From IMG/VR virus record IMGVR_UViG_2848092901_000003, positions 1 through 64,000 of that record: DNA of 64,000 nucleotides, one strand, 5' to 3'. The stretch's first letter is position 1; every line of letters begins with the position of its first letter. The notes below the pieces were generated by a model, which was not told the DNA's origin, did no database searches, and saw only the letters and a program-made list of their open reading frames with translations. The translations under genes and the position numbers were made by a program. This DNA comes from a virus (taxonomy: Duplodnaviria; Caudoviricetes). Positions 47,112-56,138 of this stretch are shown piece by piece.

Positions 47112-48878
47112 ATGCGGATTGTAAATAAAATCGAAGCGAAAACACCGCAGATGCCGCGCCGCAAAAGGGTCGCTGCCTACGCAAGAGTCTCAATGGAGTC
47201 CGAGCGGCTGCAGCACTCCCTTTCGGCACAGGTCAGCTTTTACAGCAGTTTGATACAGAGCAACCCCGCCTGGGAATATGTGGGCGTATACGCCGACAAC
47301 GGAATAACCGGCACCAAAGCCGAAGCCCGCGAAGAGTTCAATCGGATGATTGCCGACTGCGAAGCCGGAAAAATCGACATTGTTCTGACAAAGAGTATCT
47401 CCCGTTTCGCGCGCAACACCGTTGACCTGTTGAATACAGTGCGCAGGCTCAAGGAACTGGGCGTTTCCGTGCAATTTGAAAAGGAGCGCATCGACTCCCT
47501 CACCGAGGACGGTGAGTTGATGCTGACCCTTTTAGCATCCTTTGCCCAGGAGGAGATACGCAGCCTGTCGGACAACGTCAAATGGGGTACCCGGAAACGA
47601 TTTGAAAAAGGTATTCCCAATGGTCGCTTTCAAATCTACGGGTACCGCTGGGAGGGCGATCATCTGGTTGTCCATGAGGAGGAGGCAAAGATCGTTCGGC
47701 TCATCTACGACAATTACATGAATGGTTTATCAGCGGAAACCACAGAGAAGCAGCTTGCCGAGATGGGTGTGAAATCCTATAAGGGCCAGCACTTCGGCAA
47801 TACCTCTATCAGACAGATCCTCGGCAACATCACTTATACGGGCAACCTTCTGTTCCAGAAGGAATATGTGCAGGACCCCATCAGCAAGAAAAGCAAAATT
47901 AACCGTGGGGAGCTGCCGCAGTATTTCGTGAAGAACACCCACGAAGCCATCATCCCGATGGAGGTCTACCAGGCGGTGCAGACCGAGAAAGCGCGCCGCC
48001 GGGAGCTTGGGGCTTTGGCAAACTGGAGCATCAATACCTCCTGCTTTACCAGCAAAATCAAGTGCGGTCGGTGCGGAAAGAGCTATCAGCGCTCCAACCG
48101 CAAGGGACGAAAAGATCCTGACGCTAACTACACCATCTGGGTCTGCGGGACTCGAAGAAAAACCGGGAATGCCAAGTGCCAAAACAAGGACATCCCAGAA
48201 CAGATACTCAAGGAAGCCTGCGCTGTGGTCATGGGACTGGATACGTTTGATGAGATCATCTTTTCAGAGCAGATCGACCGCATTGAGATCCCTGCTCCGA
48301 ATGAGATGATTTTCTATTTTAAGGATGGCCACATTGTACCGCACCACTGGGAATCCACCATGCGGAAGGACTGCTGGACGGATGAGCGCAGAGCCGCCAA
48401 GGGACGGTATGTGCAGGAGCATCAGCTCGGCCCCAACACTTCCTGCTTTACCAGCCGCATTCGCTGCGACAGCTGCGGCGAGAACTACCGCAGGCAGCGT
48501 TCACGGCACAAAGATGGCAGCTTTGATTCCGTATGGCGATGTGCGTCAGGCGGAAAATGCCAAAGCCCCAGCATCAAGGAAGATGCCCTCAAAAACCTCT
48601 GTGCGGACGCTATGGGTCTGGAGGAATTTAGTGAGACGGTTTTCCGTGAGCAGATTGTCTGCATTCACATCACGGCTCCATATCAGCTTTCCATCCGCTT
48701 CTTTGACGGGCATACCTTCGAGACGGCATGGGAAAACAAGCGGAAGATGCCCCGGCATACAGAGGAGCGAAAACAGCATATGCGAGAAGTAATGATACAG
48801 AGATGGAGGGAAAAACGTGGCGAAAGTAACGACAATACCGGCGACGATAAGCCGATTCACGGCAACGCCGATCAATGA
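47112..48878 (+). CDS. Large serine recombinase 1 with duplicated Zn-ribbon module
   Basis: AAYARVS, KSISRFARN, NITYTGNLLFQK, HEAII; two NTSCFTSxIxC repeats. Confidence 0.93.
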   Translation: MRIVNKIEAKTPQMPRRKRVAAYARVSMESERLQHSLSAQVSFYSSLIQSNPAWEYVGVYADNGITGTKAEAREEFNRMIADCEAGKIDIVLTKSISRFARNTVDLLNTVRRLKELGVSVQFEKERIDSLTEDGELMLTLLASFAQEEIRSLSDNVKWGTRKRFEKGIPNGRFQIYGYRWEGDHLVVHEEEAKIVRLIYDNYMNGLSAETTEKQLAEMGVKSYKGQHFGNTSIRQILGNITYTGNLLFQKEYVQDPISKKSKINRGELPQYFVKNTHEAIIPMEVYQAVQTEKARRRELGALANWSINTSCFTSKIKCGRCGKSYQRSNRKGRKDPDANYTIWVCGTRRKTGNAKCQNKDIPEQILKEACAVVMGLDTFDEIIFSEQIDRIEIPAPNEMIFYFKDGHIVPHHWESTMRKDCWTDERRAAKGRYVQEHQLGPNTSCFTSRIRCDSCGENYRRQRSRHKDGSFDSVWRCASGGKCQSPSIKEDALKNLCADAMGLEEFSETVFREQIVCIHITAPYQLSIRFFDGHTFETAWENKRKMPRHTEERKQHMREVMIQRWREKRGESNDNTGDDKPIHGNADQ

Positions 48879-50388
48879 AAAGAAAAAGCGCCGCACCGCC
48901 GCCTACGCCCGTGTTTCCACGGACAGCGAGGAGCAGCTCACCAGCTACAGCGCCCAGGTGGACTATTACACCAACTATATCAAAAGCCGGGACGATTGGG
49001 AGTTTGTTTCCGTGTATACGGACGAGGGCATAACGGGTACGAATACCAAGCACCGCGAGGGATTCAAACGCATGGTGGCGGATGCACTGGCTGGCAAGAT
49101 AGACCTCATCGTCACCAAATCGGTCAGCCGCTTTGCCCGAAATACGGTAGACAGCCTGACCACGGTGCGCCAGCTCAAGGAAAAAGGCGTGGAGATCTAT
49201 TTTGAGAAAGAAAACATCTGGACCTTGGACAGCAAGGGCGAACTGCTCATCACCATCATGTCCTCACTGGCGCAGGAGGAAAGCCGCAGCATTTCAGAGA
49301 ACTGTACCTGGGGACAGAGAAAACGGTTTGCTGACGGGAAGGTCACCGTGCCATTCAAACGGTTTCTCGGCTATGATCGGGGACCCGATGGCAATCTGGT
49401 TTTGAATAAGGACGAAGCGGTTATCATCCGCCGCATTTACAGTATGTTCCTGCAAGGCATGACGCCGCACGGCATTGCCGCCAGGCTAACCGCTGACGGC
49501 ATTAAATCGCCGGGCGGCAAGGATAAATGGAACGCCGGAGCGGTTCGGAGTATCCTCACTAACGAAAAATATAAGGGTGATGCACTTCTTCAGAAAAGCT
49601 ATACGGTTGATTTCCTCACCAAAAAGAAAAAGGTCAACGAGGGCGAAATTCCGCAGTATTATGTGGAGGGCAACCACGAAGCCATCATTTCCCCAGAGGT
49701 ATTCGAGATGGTTCAGCAGGAAATGGAACGGCGCAGCAAGCGCGGTAGACGAAGCGGTGTCCACCTTTTCTCCGGCAAAATTCGCTGTGGCGAATGCGGA
49801 AGCTGGTACGGCTCCAAAACCTGGCACTCCAATGATAAGTACAAAAAGATCATCTGGCAGTGCAATCACAAATTTGATGGCGACCACAAATGCACCACAC
49901 CACACCTTACAAATGAAGATATCCACCGCTACTTTATTTCGGCAGTCAACCAGCTTCTTGCCCAGAAGGATACCATCATCGCATCCTTGACCGGCGGCTT
50001 GGCCCTTGCCTTTGACCTCACGCCTCTGCAAGCCCAAGAAACTGCACTGATTGAGGAAGTACAGATGCTTGCCGATGCGGTTGAAAAGTGCATCTACGAA
50101 AATGCTCATGTGGCCCTTGACCAGACAGAATACCAGAAACGCTATGACGGACTGGTCCACCGCTACGATGAAGCTAAAGTCAAACTGGGTGCCATCACCG
50201 AGCAGATCGCCGATAAAAAGGCACGGAGAGGCACTATTGAGGAGTTCCTCAAGGTTCTCCGGGAGCAGGACGGACTGGTCACCGATTTTCAAACAAACCT
50301 CTGGTGCGGACTGGTGGATTTTATGACCGTCTACTCCGCAGACGATGTGCGGATCACCTTCAAAAACGGTGCGGAAATAAAGGCATAA
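48817..50388 (+). CDS. Large serine recombinase 2
   Basis: AAYARVSTD, KSVSRFARN, NEKYKGDALLQK, CGECG, WQCNHK. Confidence 0.95.
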   Translation: MAKVTTIPATISRFTATPINEKKKRRTAAYARVSTDSEEQLTSYSAQVDYYTNYIKSRDDWEFVSVYTDEGITGTNTKHREGFKRMVADALAGKIDLIVTKSVSRFARNTVDSLTTVRQLKEKGVEIYFEKENIWTLDSKGELLITIMSSLAQEESRSISENCTWGQRKRFADGKVTVPFKRFLGYDRGPDGNLVLNKDEAVIIRRIYSMFLQGMTPHGIAARLTADGIKSPGGKDKWNAGAVRSILTNEKYKGDALLQKSYTVDFLTKKKKVNEGEIPQYYVEGNHEAIISPEVFEMVQQEMERRSKRGRRSGVHLFSGKIRCGECGSWYGSKTWHSNDKYKKIIWQCNHKFDGDHKCTTPHLTNEDIHRYFISAVNQLLAQKDTIIASLTGGLALAFDLTPLQAQETALIEEVQMLADAVEKCIYENAHVALDQTEYQKRYDGLVHRYDEAKVKLGAITEQIADKKARRGTIEEFLKVLREQDGLVTDFQTNLWCGLVDFMTVYSADDVRITFKNGAEIKA

Positions 50389-50402
50389 GCACCTACGCAA
50401 AA

Positions 50403-50443
50403 ACACCTCGCAACGAGAGCATCATTCTCCAGCTGCGAGGTGT
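50403..50443. terminator. Probable bidirectional terminator between convergent recombinase and abiH genes
   Basis: ACACCTCGCA ... TGCGAGGTGT inverted repeat flanked by A and T runs. Confidence 0.7.
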
Positions 50444-50456
50444 CTTTTGCTATTGA

Positions 50457-51413
50457 TTAGTCATCCCAAAACATTCTGCTGGGAAGAAAATAGGTTTCAA
50501 ATTTCCTGGAAAGTCCTAGAATTCCAAATACATCTTTAAGTCTTTTTTTATCGTCTTCACTATAATAATAAATAATCCATTTTGATGTTGGCTTTATTTC
50601 TTCAGCAATTCGCAAGAGATAAGGAGTGTCTACATTCCCAAACGACAAACCTATGGATACTACTTGCTCTATATCTTTTAGACTTGAAAAAAACGATTCA
50701 TTTCTCGATATAATTGCATCCGTGTCTTTATATAATGACGAGCAAAATTTTGCTATCGCGGAGCATATACTTTCTTCCCATTCTACGAACTCTTCACTTG
50801 CACACTGTGCTCTTCGTTTGTAATAATCTATAATAAATTTATTTCCATGCCCCATGATGGGTGGTATTGCAGAGCATGATGGTACTCCTCCATGCAAGTG
50901 AAGAACTGTTTTTACCCCATATACCCGCTCTAGGACATCTGTATAATTAAAATTAATGAAAATATCAGAACAATTTCCTATGAAACTCTTTTTAATGGGG
51001 CACACACCTGATGTATCTATAGACTCTAACCACTCAAGTACATATTTCTGTAAATCTGAAGAAAACCCATACTGTTCCTTCCAGTGAAGATCCAGAGTAT
51101 ATTTTATACCTTCTTCTGGCATTTGCTCTGCAAGGGAACTTGCCATATCGTGCATTCCTTCTACATCTGGGTTACCCATTTCTTCCTCAAATGTTTGCCA
51201 TAAATCTTTTAGCACTGATTTTTTCCATCTTTCTTGTGCCGCTTCAGTGTACCAAGGCTCTGTATCATCTAAAGGCTGAATGTTATACATAGCCTCAAAA
51301 TCCGTTAGAAATGACTCATGATGCGTTTCTAAGAAACTTCTGAACTCAGAATATGGAGTTCTAATACCATGCTGTATGTCGAAACCGTTTCCTACCAAAT
51401 ACAATGTTTTCAT
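50457..51413 (-). CDS. abiH: AbiH-family abortive infection protein
   Basis: LYLVGNGFDIQHGIRTPYSEF N-terminus; FNYT; HLHG; IGLSFGNVDTPY. Confidence 0.8.
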   Translation of the reverse strand: MKTLYLVGNGFDIQHGIRTPYSEFRSFLETHHESFLTDFEAMYNIQPLDDTEPWYTEAAQERWKKSVLKDLWQTFEEEMGNPDVEGMHDMASSLAEQMPEEGIKYTLDLHWKEQYGFSSDLQKYVLEWLESIDTSGVCPIKKSFIGNCSDIFINFNYTDVLERVYGVKTVLHLHGGVPSCSAIPPIMGHGNKFIIDYYKRRAQCASEEFVEWEESICSAIAKFCSSLYKDTDAIISRNESFFSSLKDIEQVVSIGLSFGNVDTPYLLRIAEEIKPTSKWIIYYYSEDDKKRLKDVFGILGLSRKFETYFLPSRMFWDD

Positions 51414-51442
51414 GTTATTCCTCCTATTTGAACGGCAATATA

Positions 51443-51471
51443 AAAATAGCCGGGATGCCCCGGTCTGTCAA
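51443..51471 (-). promoter_or_regulatory. Possible SigA promoter of abiH
   Basis: TTGACA (51471-51466), 17 bp spacer, TATTTT. Confidence 0.45.
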
Positions 51472-51523
51472 CACACCCCAAGAGCAGATTTTACACCGCA
51501 AGGGCACACTTTTTAATTTTACC

Positions 51524-51560
51524 CATACCTTGTATCAAACTCGGTATGATTATTTCTAAA
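51524..51560. other. Prophage right attachment junction
   Basis: Host frame NILE breaks after GA (51556-51555); adjacent CATACC-N13-GGTATG inverted repeat (51524-51548). Confidence 0.7.
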
Positions 51561-53982
51561 ATGTTTCCCTGTTTAAATCCCATATCCGAAAGCGTCTTAT
51601 ATATTCCGTCAATTACGGTTTTCGGTGTATAAAAGCTCGTTAAAGTAGATTCTCTTGCAGCTTCGTATTCTGCATGTGATAAGTTCTCATTTAGAAAAGC
51701 CCTTGCTTCTTTCCACTGACCTTCCTTGCTTTCATCAAAGACTTCGGAAAGTCCGCCCCAGCCTACATACCTTGCTAAAACTTCCTGAGCTGTACTGTCA
51801 AGCTCTCTTTGTCCGCTCTCCACTCTGTTAAGCATGGAAATTGCTTCAAGGTTATTATTTAACCTTTCGCTTGGACTTAACTTTTCAGGGAGCGTTTCTT
51901 CTGTAATTTTAAAGTTATGAGCTTCCGCTTTCCTTATTTGAGTTTCCTCAGTAGTCTGCTCTGGCTGTTTATATGTCAGGTTTTCAAATACCCTCTCAAG
52001 GTCGCTTTCCAGACGATAAGGAATGACATCGAAGCTTGTTATCATCCCGCCAAAATACTCGGTGTTGTCCTTCACCGTTACCGTATTTAGGTTCTTTCTC
52101 ATATCATCAAAGCGTGTTATGGTATGGTTTTTGTCCTTGTATTTAACTTCATCACCGACAATAAAGTTCGGTCTTTCAAGACTTATTTTATTCAGCAAGT
52201 CCTCATTATCTGTAAAGTCTACAATCGGAATTTGATGGTTTCCACTTCTTACCGGATCAAGCCACAAATCATATCTTCCTGTGATTTCATTTTTAGAAAT
52301 TTCTCTGACTTTATATTCTTCATGATTAAAATAGACGGTATCGCCTGCTTTAACTGCAAACTCTTCTAAAAGGCTGTCCTCTTTTTCATTCAGTTCTACT
52401 TCTTCTCTTTCTTTGAGGTAATCAAATAAGGTAGCTTGAACTGTGCCACGCTTTGTAGCTTCTTCTGTTTCTTCAGGTGCTTCAAGCTCTACTTTATCTT
52501 CAAAGCTAAGTTCTCCATTAAAGACAAACTGAAGCTCCTGCTCATCCATTTGTTTTATAAGCTCTATATCTTTAAGTTCTCTAAAGGTCTTTGGAAAATC
52601 CTCTAAAATGAGCCTCTGGGCATTTAATTCTTTCAGTTCCTCAAGGTTAAAATATCCCCATTCAGGCTCTATTCCAAGAACAAGTCCAAAGGCATCACCG
52701 CTTTCCCTGTCATACTCCGTCATATACCAAGTCCAATTTGAACGAAAAGGAATAATATATGCTGCATGAACCTGCTTATCCGCTAAATCTACATCCTCCT
52801 GTGCGTAAATCTCTGGCACTCTTTCAAGAATTTCATCAGGCATTAGATTTCCAGGATCATTTTTAGAATAATATTGCGGTTCTTTTACTTCTTCTATCTC
52901 TGCCGTACTTTCTGTTTCCTTTTCCTCAAAATAAAGTTTTTTAGAAAGCAGCTCATCAATATGCTTTGCAACACTTGTCCAAGTAAGGAACACATCATTA
53001 CAATCATTCTTCTGTAATTTAAAACCCTTTGCATCGTGCCATTCATCACTTCCCATTGCACCTGACACAACGTGAGAATGTCCTCCGATTCCATATTCAT
53101 CTTTTAGGAAATTGGCTTTTTCCTGCAAAGTATGATTTTCTTTAAAAAACTTGGTGATTCGTTCTTTTCCTCTATCAACGCCGCTTCCTCTTGAAAGGCT
53201 TTCAAGGACTTCATCTTCTGTAATAAAGAGCTTTACCTTCGGAAGTTCTGTCAGATTGGTACTATATTCCTTTCGTTGCAGCTCAAGTTCTTGCAACTTC
53301 TGATAAAGACTATCTACCTTGTGATAATGATACCTTAATACATTTCTGCTTTCTTTGTATCCTTCTAAAAACCTGCTATATTCTTTGATTGTTTCTTTCA
53401 GATATTCAGGATTTTTTAATGCTTCAGATAATCTTTTCGTTTCTTGCGGAAAGCCACCACCTCTTTCAAAAGAGTTGAAATATCCTTGCTCTATTCCTTC
53501 TTCGCTTAAATCGTGCGTTAGATACCATAAGGATTCTGAAATTCTATCCCTTTCATAGTCCTGTGCCTCTAAAAGTTCTACATTTGTAGCAAACTCACCT
53601 CTGTCAAGAAGTTCATTTATCCTACTTGCTGCATCACTCCAACTTAAAATTTGTGTATTATCCTCTCTTGCCGATGTTCCATAAGCTAAATGAATACCTT
53701 TATCCGAATACCAGGAAGATACTTCTCTTTCATCAATGTAAAATCCGTTTCCGCCTTTAAAGGTATCTTTGAGGTATTCTCCCAATTCTTCTATGCTCTT
53801 GCCTTTTGAAAACTCAGCAATAACAGGAAGCCTACCGCCATCATGATTTCCTCCGTTAATAAGGACGGTATCTATATCCTTCTCAGTTAGCGGAATAGTA
53901 AGGCTTATCTGTCCATAAGAATTTTCGGGTAAAGAAAAAGAAGCCTTTTCAGCTTCTATTATCCCTTTATCCGTATTGTCTT

Positions 53983-54390
53983 TTAAATCTCCACTACTTC
54001 CTTGATGGTCATTTCTTTGAGAGCTGAAATCATCGCCCCATACTGCGGATTGTTCTCGTCCTCTATCTTCCAAGCTGCTATCAACTTTGGCTTCTCTGCT
54101 CTCATAAACTCTACTGCCTGTTTCTGAATATCCATCAGGTGTCCTGTCAGCTTCTTCTCCTTGTATAGATCCAAAAGCATCTCGAAGTGGCTCTGCTCCT
54201 CGCTCTGTGAAAGGTAATTCAGCCTCATCACTGCGTAGGTCGGATTCGGATACTTCCTTATAAAGTCCGTCTGTTCCTCCAAGCTGTTTAGCGTATTCTC
54301 CCTGATTTTTTCTATTATCTCGTCCGTACTCTCCATTTCGGAGAACTCGCTCGTTTTCATTTCTTTCCTGATCATCTCGTCGAAATACAT
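53983..54390 (-). CDS. TnpV-like ORF nested in an alternative frame of the helicase gene
   Basis: GAGGAGGT RBS 8 nt before ATG; 135 codons; LNYL..KLTGHLMDIQKQA..KEVV resembles TnpV by eye. Confidence 0.6.
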   Translation of the reverse strand: MYFDEMIRKEMKTSEFSEMESTDEIIEKIRENTLNSLEEQTDFIRKYPNPTYAVMRLNYLSQSEEQSHFEMLLDLYKEKKLTGHLMDIQKQAVEFMRAEKPKLIAAWKIEDENNPQYGAMISALKEMTIKEVVEI

Positions 54391-55189
54391 TTTCTTCTAC
54401 CTCCTCTAATTCTTCTTTAATTTTATTATATCCCGCTTCTTTTCCTATTAAAACTTCTTTTTGAAGCTCAAGCTCTTTGCTTTTTTGAATGGTTTCATCA
54501 ATAATCTTTCCGCTAATATCCGATACACTTTCACCAAGGCTCATTAAGGATATGCTGTCAAATCTTTGAAAATTTTCTCTTAAAAGCTCATAATCCATCG
54601 GATAATCTAACTTAAATCTTGAAGCTACCGCATAGCTTACCGAGTCCCTTACAAACTTGGTAAATGATATTCTATCCTCATCCGCTACTCTAAGTTCATT
54701 CATTAAGGTATCTATTTTTTCATCACCGTAGAGTCTGCTTAAAGAAAAGATGTTTTCAAGTGTGCTTTCACTTTCCTCATAGCCCTCGCTTTTTATCATT
54801 TCCTTTAAGACATCTTGATGGGCTTCTTTATCAAATCTCCAAAGATTGACCTCGTTGACATCCCTGTTTTTTGAAACTGTCTGGCTTATATCAAAGATAT
54901 AGTCCACCTTTTTATATGTGCCGTAATCCTCTAAAATTGGTATCCCTTTCTGCCCTCGCATAACCGTTCGGTTAAAGCGTTCCCTCCAGTAGTCGAACTT
55001 GGCACAGGCTGTCGCTTCAGGATTTTTATCATATATACTTAATTGACTTCTAAAATCATACCTTTGATTGTTTCCGACAACTTTTAGGAGCTTTAGATAT
55101 TCTGCTTCATTATACAAAACATCTTGTTTTATTAGCTCCAAAATGTTATGAAAATCATTTATTCGCATTTTTACCTCCTTCTTTTTTCA

Positions 55190-55226
55190 AACAAAAAAGG
55201 CGGTTAGATTTTACTCTAATCACCTT
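55190..55226 (-). terminator. Intrinsic terminator downstream of the KilA-N gene
   Basis: AAGGTGATTAGA-N6-TCTAACCGCCTT followed by a T-run on the minus strand. Confidence 0.7.
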
Positions 55227-55250
55227 CGCTATATACCAAATATTATTACT

Positions 55251-56054
55251 CTATTTCAATTTTTTAATTGATTCACTTTCAGATAGTATCTTCATTTGTT
55301 CAATAGCTATTGCATTTAATTTTTCCAATCTTTCAGATTGGCTCATGCCTTCATTTATAAATACCGCATTAAGATTCTCAAGATTAGAAAGGCAGACAAG
55401 CTGTGATATATCCGCATAATCTCTAATATTGCCTTTTAAATCCGGATTTTCATCACGCCACTCCTTAGCTGTTATTCCAAATAGAGAAACATTAAGAATA
55501 TCCGCTTCACTTGCATAAATAAAATTGATTTTTTCTTTTGAAAGTTTATCCGGTACAAGTTTGTTTTTAATGGCATCTGTGTGAATTCTATAATTGATTT
55601 TTGCCAAATTTCTCTTAATATCCCATCCTAACTTCTTTTGTTCTTCTTCCTTTAGGCGTTCAAATTCCTTGATTAAATATAATTTAAAGTATGGCGATAC
55701 CCAAGAAGCAAACTCAAACGCTATATCTTTATGAGCATAAGTTCCACCATATCTTCCTGCTCTCGCAACGATACCGATAGAATTAGTTTTTTCCACCCAT
55801 TGCTTGACCGATAATATAAAACGGTTAAATCCTGCTTCATTTTTAATTCCCTCGAATTCGGGGGAATTAAAATTCGTGTTATACATTTCTTCCCAAATAC
55901 CTAAAAACTCTATTGTATTCTTGTTTCTGAGCCACTTTTCAATCAAAGCAGAACCGTTCTCAATATTTCTAACCATATCCGTTAAAGAAATATAATCTCT
56001 ATTGTCTATGGCAATAATGCTGATTTCTGAACCTTCAACATTTATTTTAGACAT
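55251..56054 (-). CDS. KilA-N domain protein
   Basis: YISLTDMV, WLRNKNTIEFLGIWE, GRYGGTYAHKDIAFEF; extended -10 TGCTATAAT at 56099-56091. Confidence 0.88.
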   Translation of the reverse strand: MSKINVEGSEISIIAIDNRDYISLTDMVRNIENGSALIEKWLRNKNTIEFLGIWEEMYNTNFNSPEFEGIKNEAGFNRFILSVKQWVEKTNSIGIVARAGRYGGTYAHKDIAFEFASWVSPYFKLYLIKEFERLKEEEQKKLGWDIKRNLAKINYRIHTDAIKNKLVPDKLSKEKINFIYASEADILNVSLFGITAKEWRDENPDLKGNIRDYADISQLVCLSNLENLNAVFINEGMSQSERLEKLNAIAIEQMKILSESESIKKLK

Positions 56055-56138
56055 ATAATCACCTCTCAATCATTAAATTGATTACTTTGCATTATAGCAT
56101 TTTTAGAGCATTTTTTCCACGCTGAAATTAGTGCTGTC

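Larger units (their letters stand above)
1..51556. mobile_element. Prophage, HK97-type siphovirus with serine-recombinase integration module (organisation resembles the phi-m46.1/phi-SsUD.1 group); left end probably outside the window
   Basis: Ordered replication, packaging, head, tail, lysis and recombinase genes on + strand; visibly GC-richer than the flank; right junction truncates an ICE gene. Confidence 0.93.
51491..55168 (-). pseudogene. 5' part of the ICE giant N6-methylase/SNF2 helicase (DarB-like), truncated at motif I by the prophage
   Basis: TACAKFDYW N-terminal module; DUF2958-like WTWYMTEYD..EWGYF; YVGWGGL and TSFYTP; GNILE followed by 20 foreign residues instead of PSxGxG. Confidence 0.85.

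Noticed and set aside
52894-53100. Second alternative-frame ORF in the ICE helicase gene
   Set aside because: Short, no convincing RBS, and the main frame there is well-formed coding sequence.
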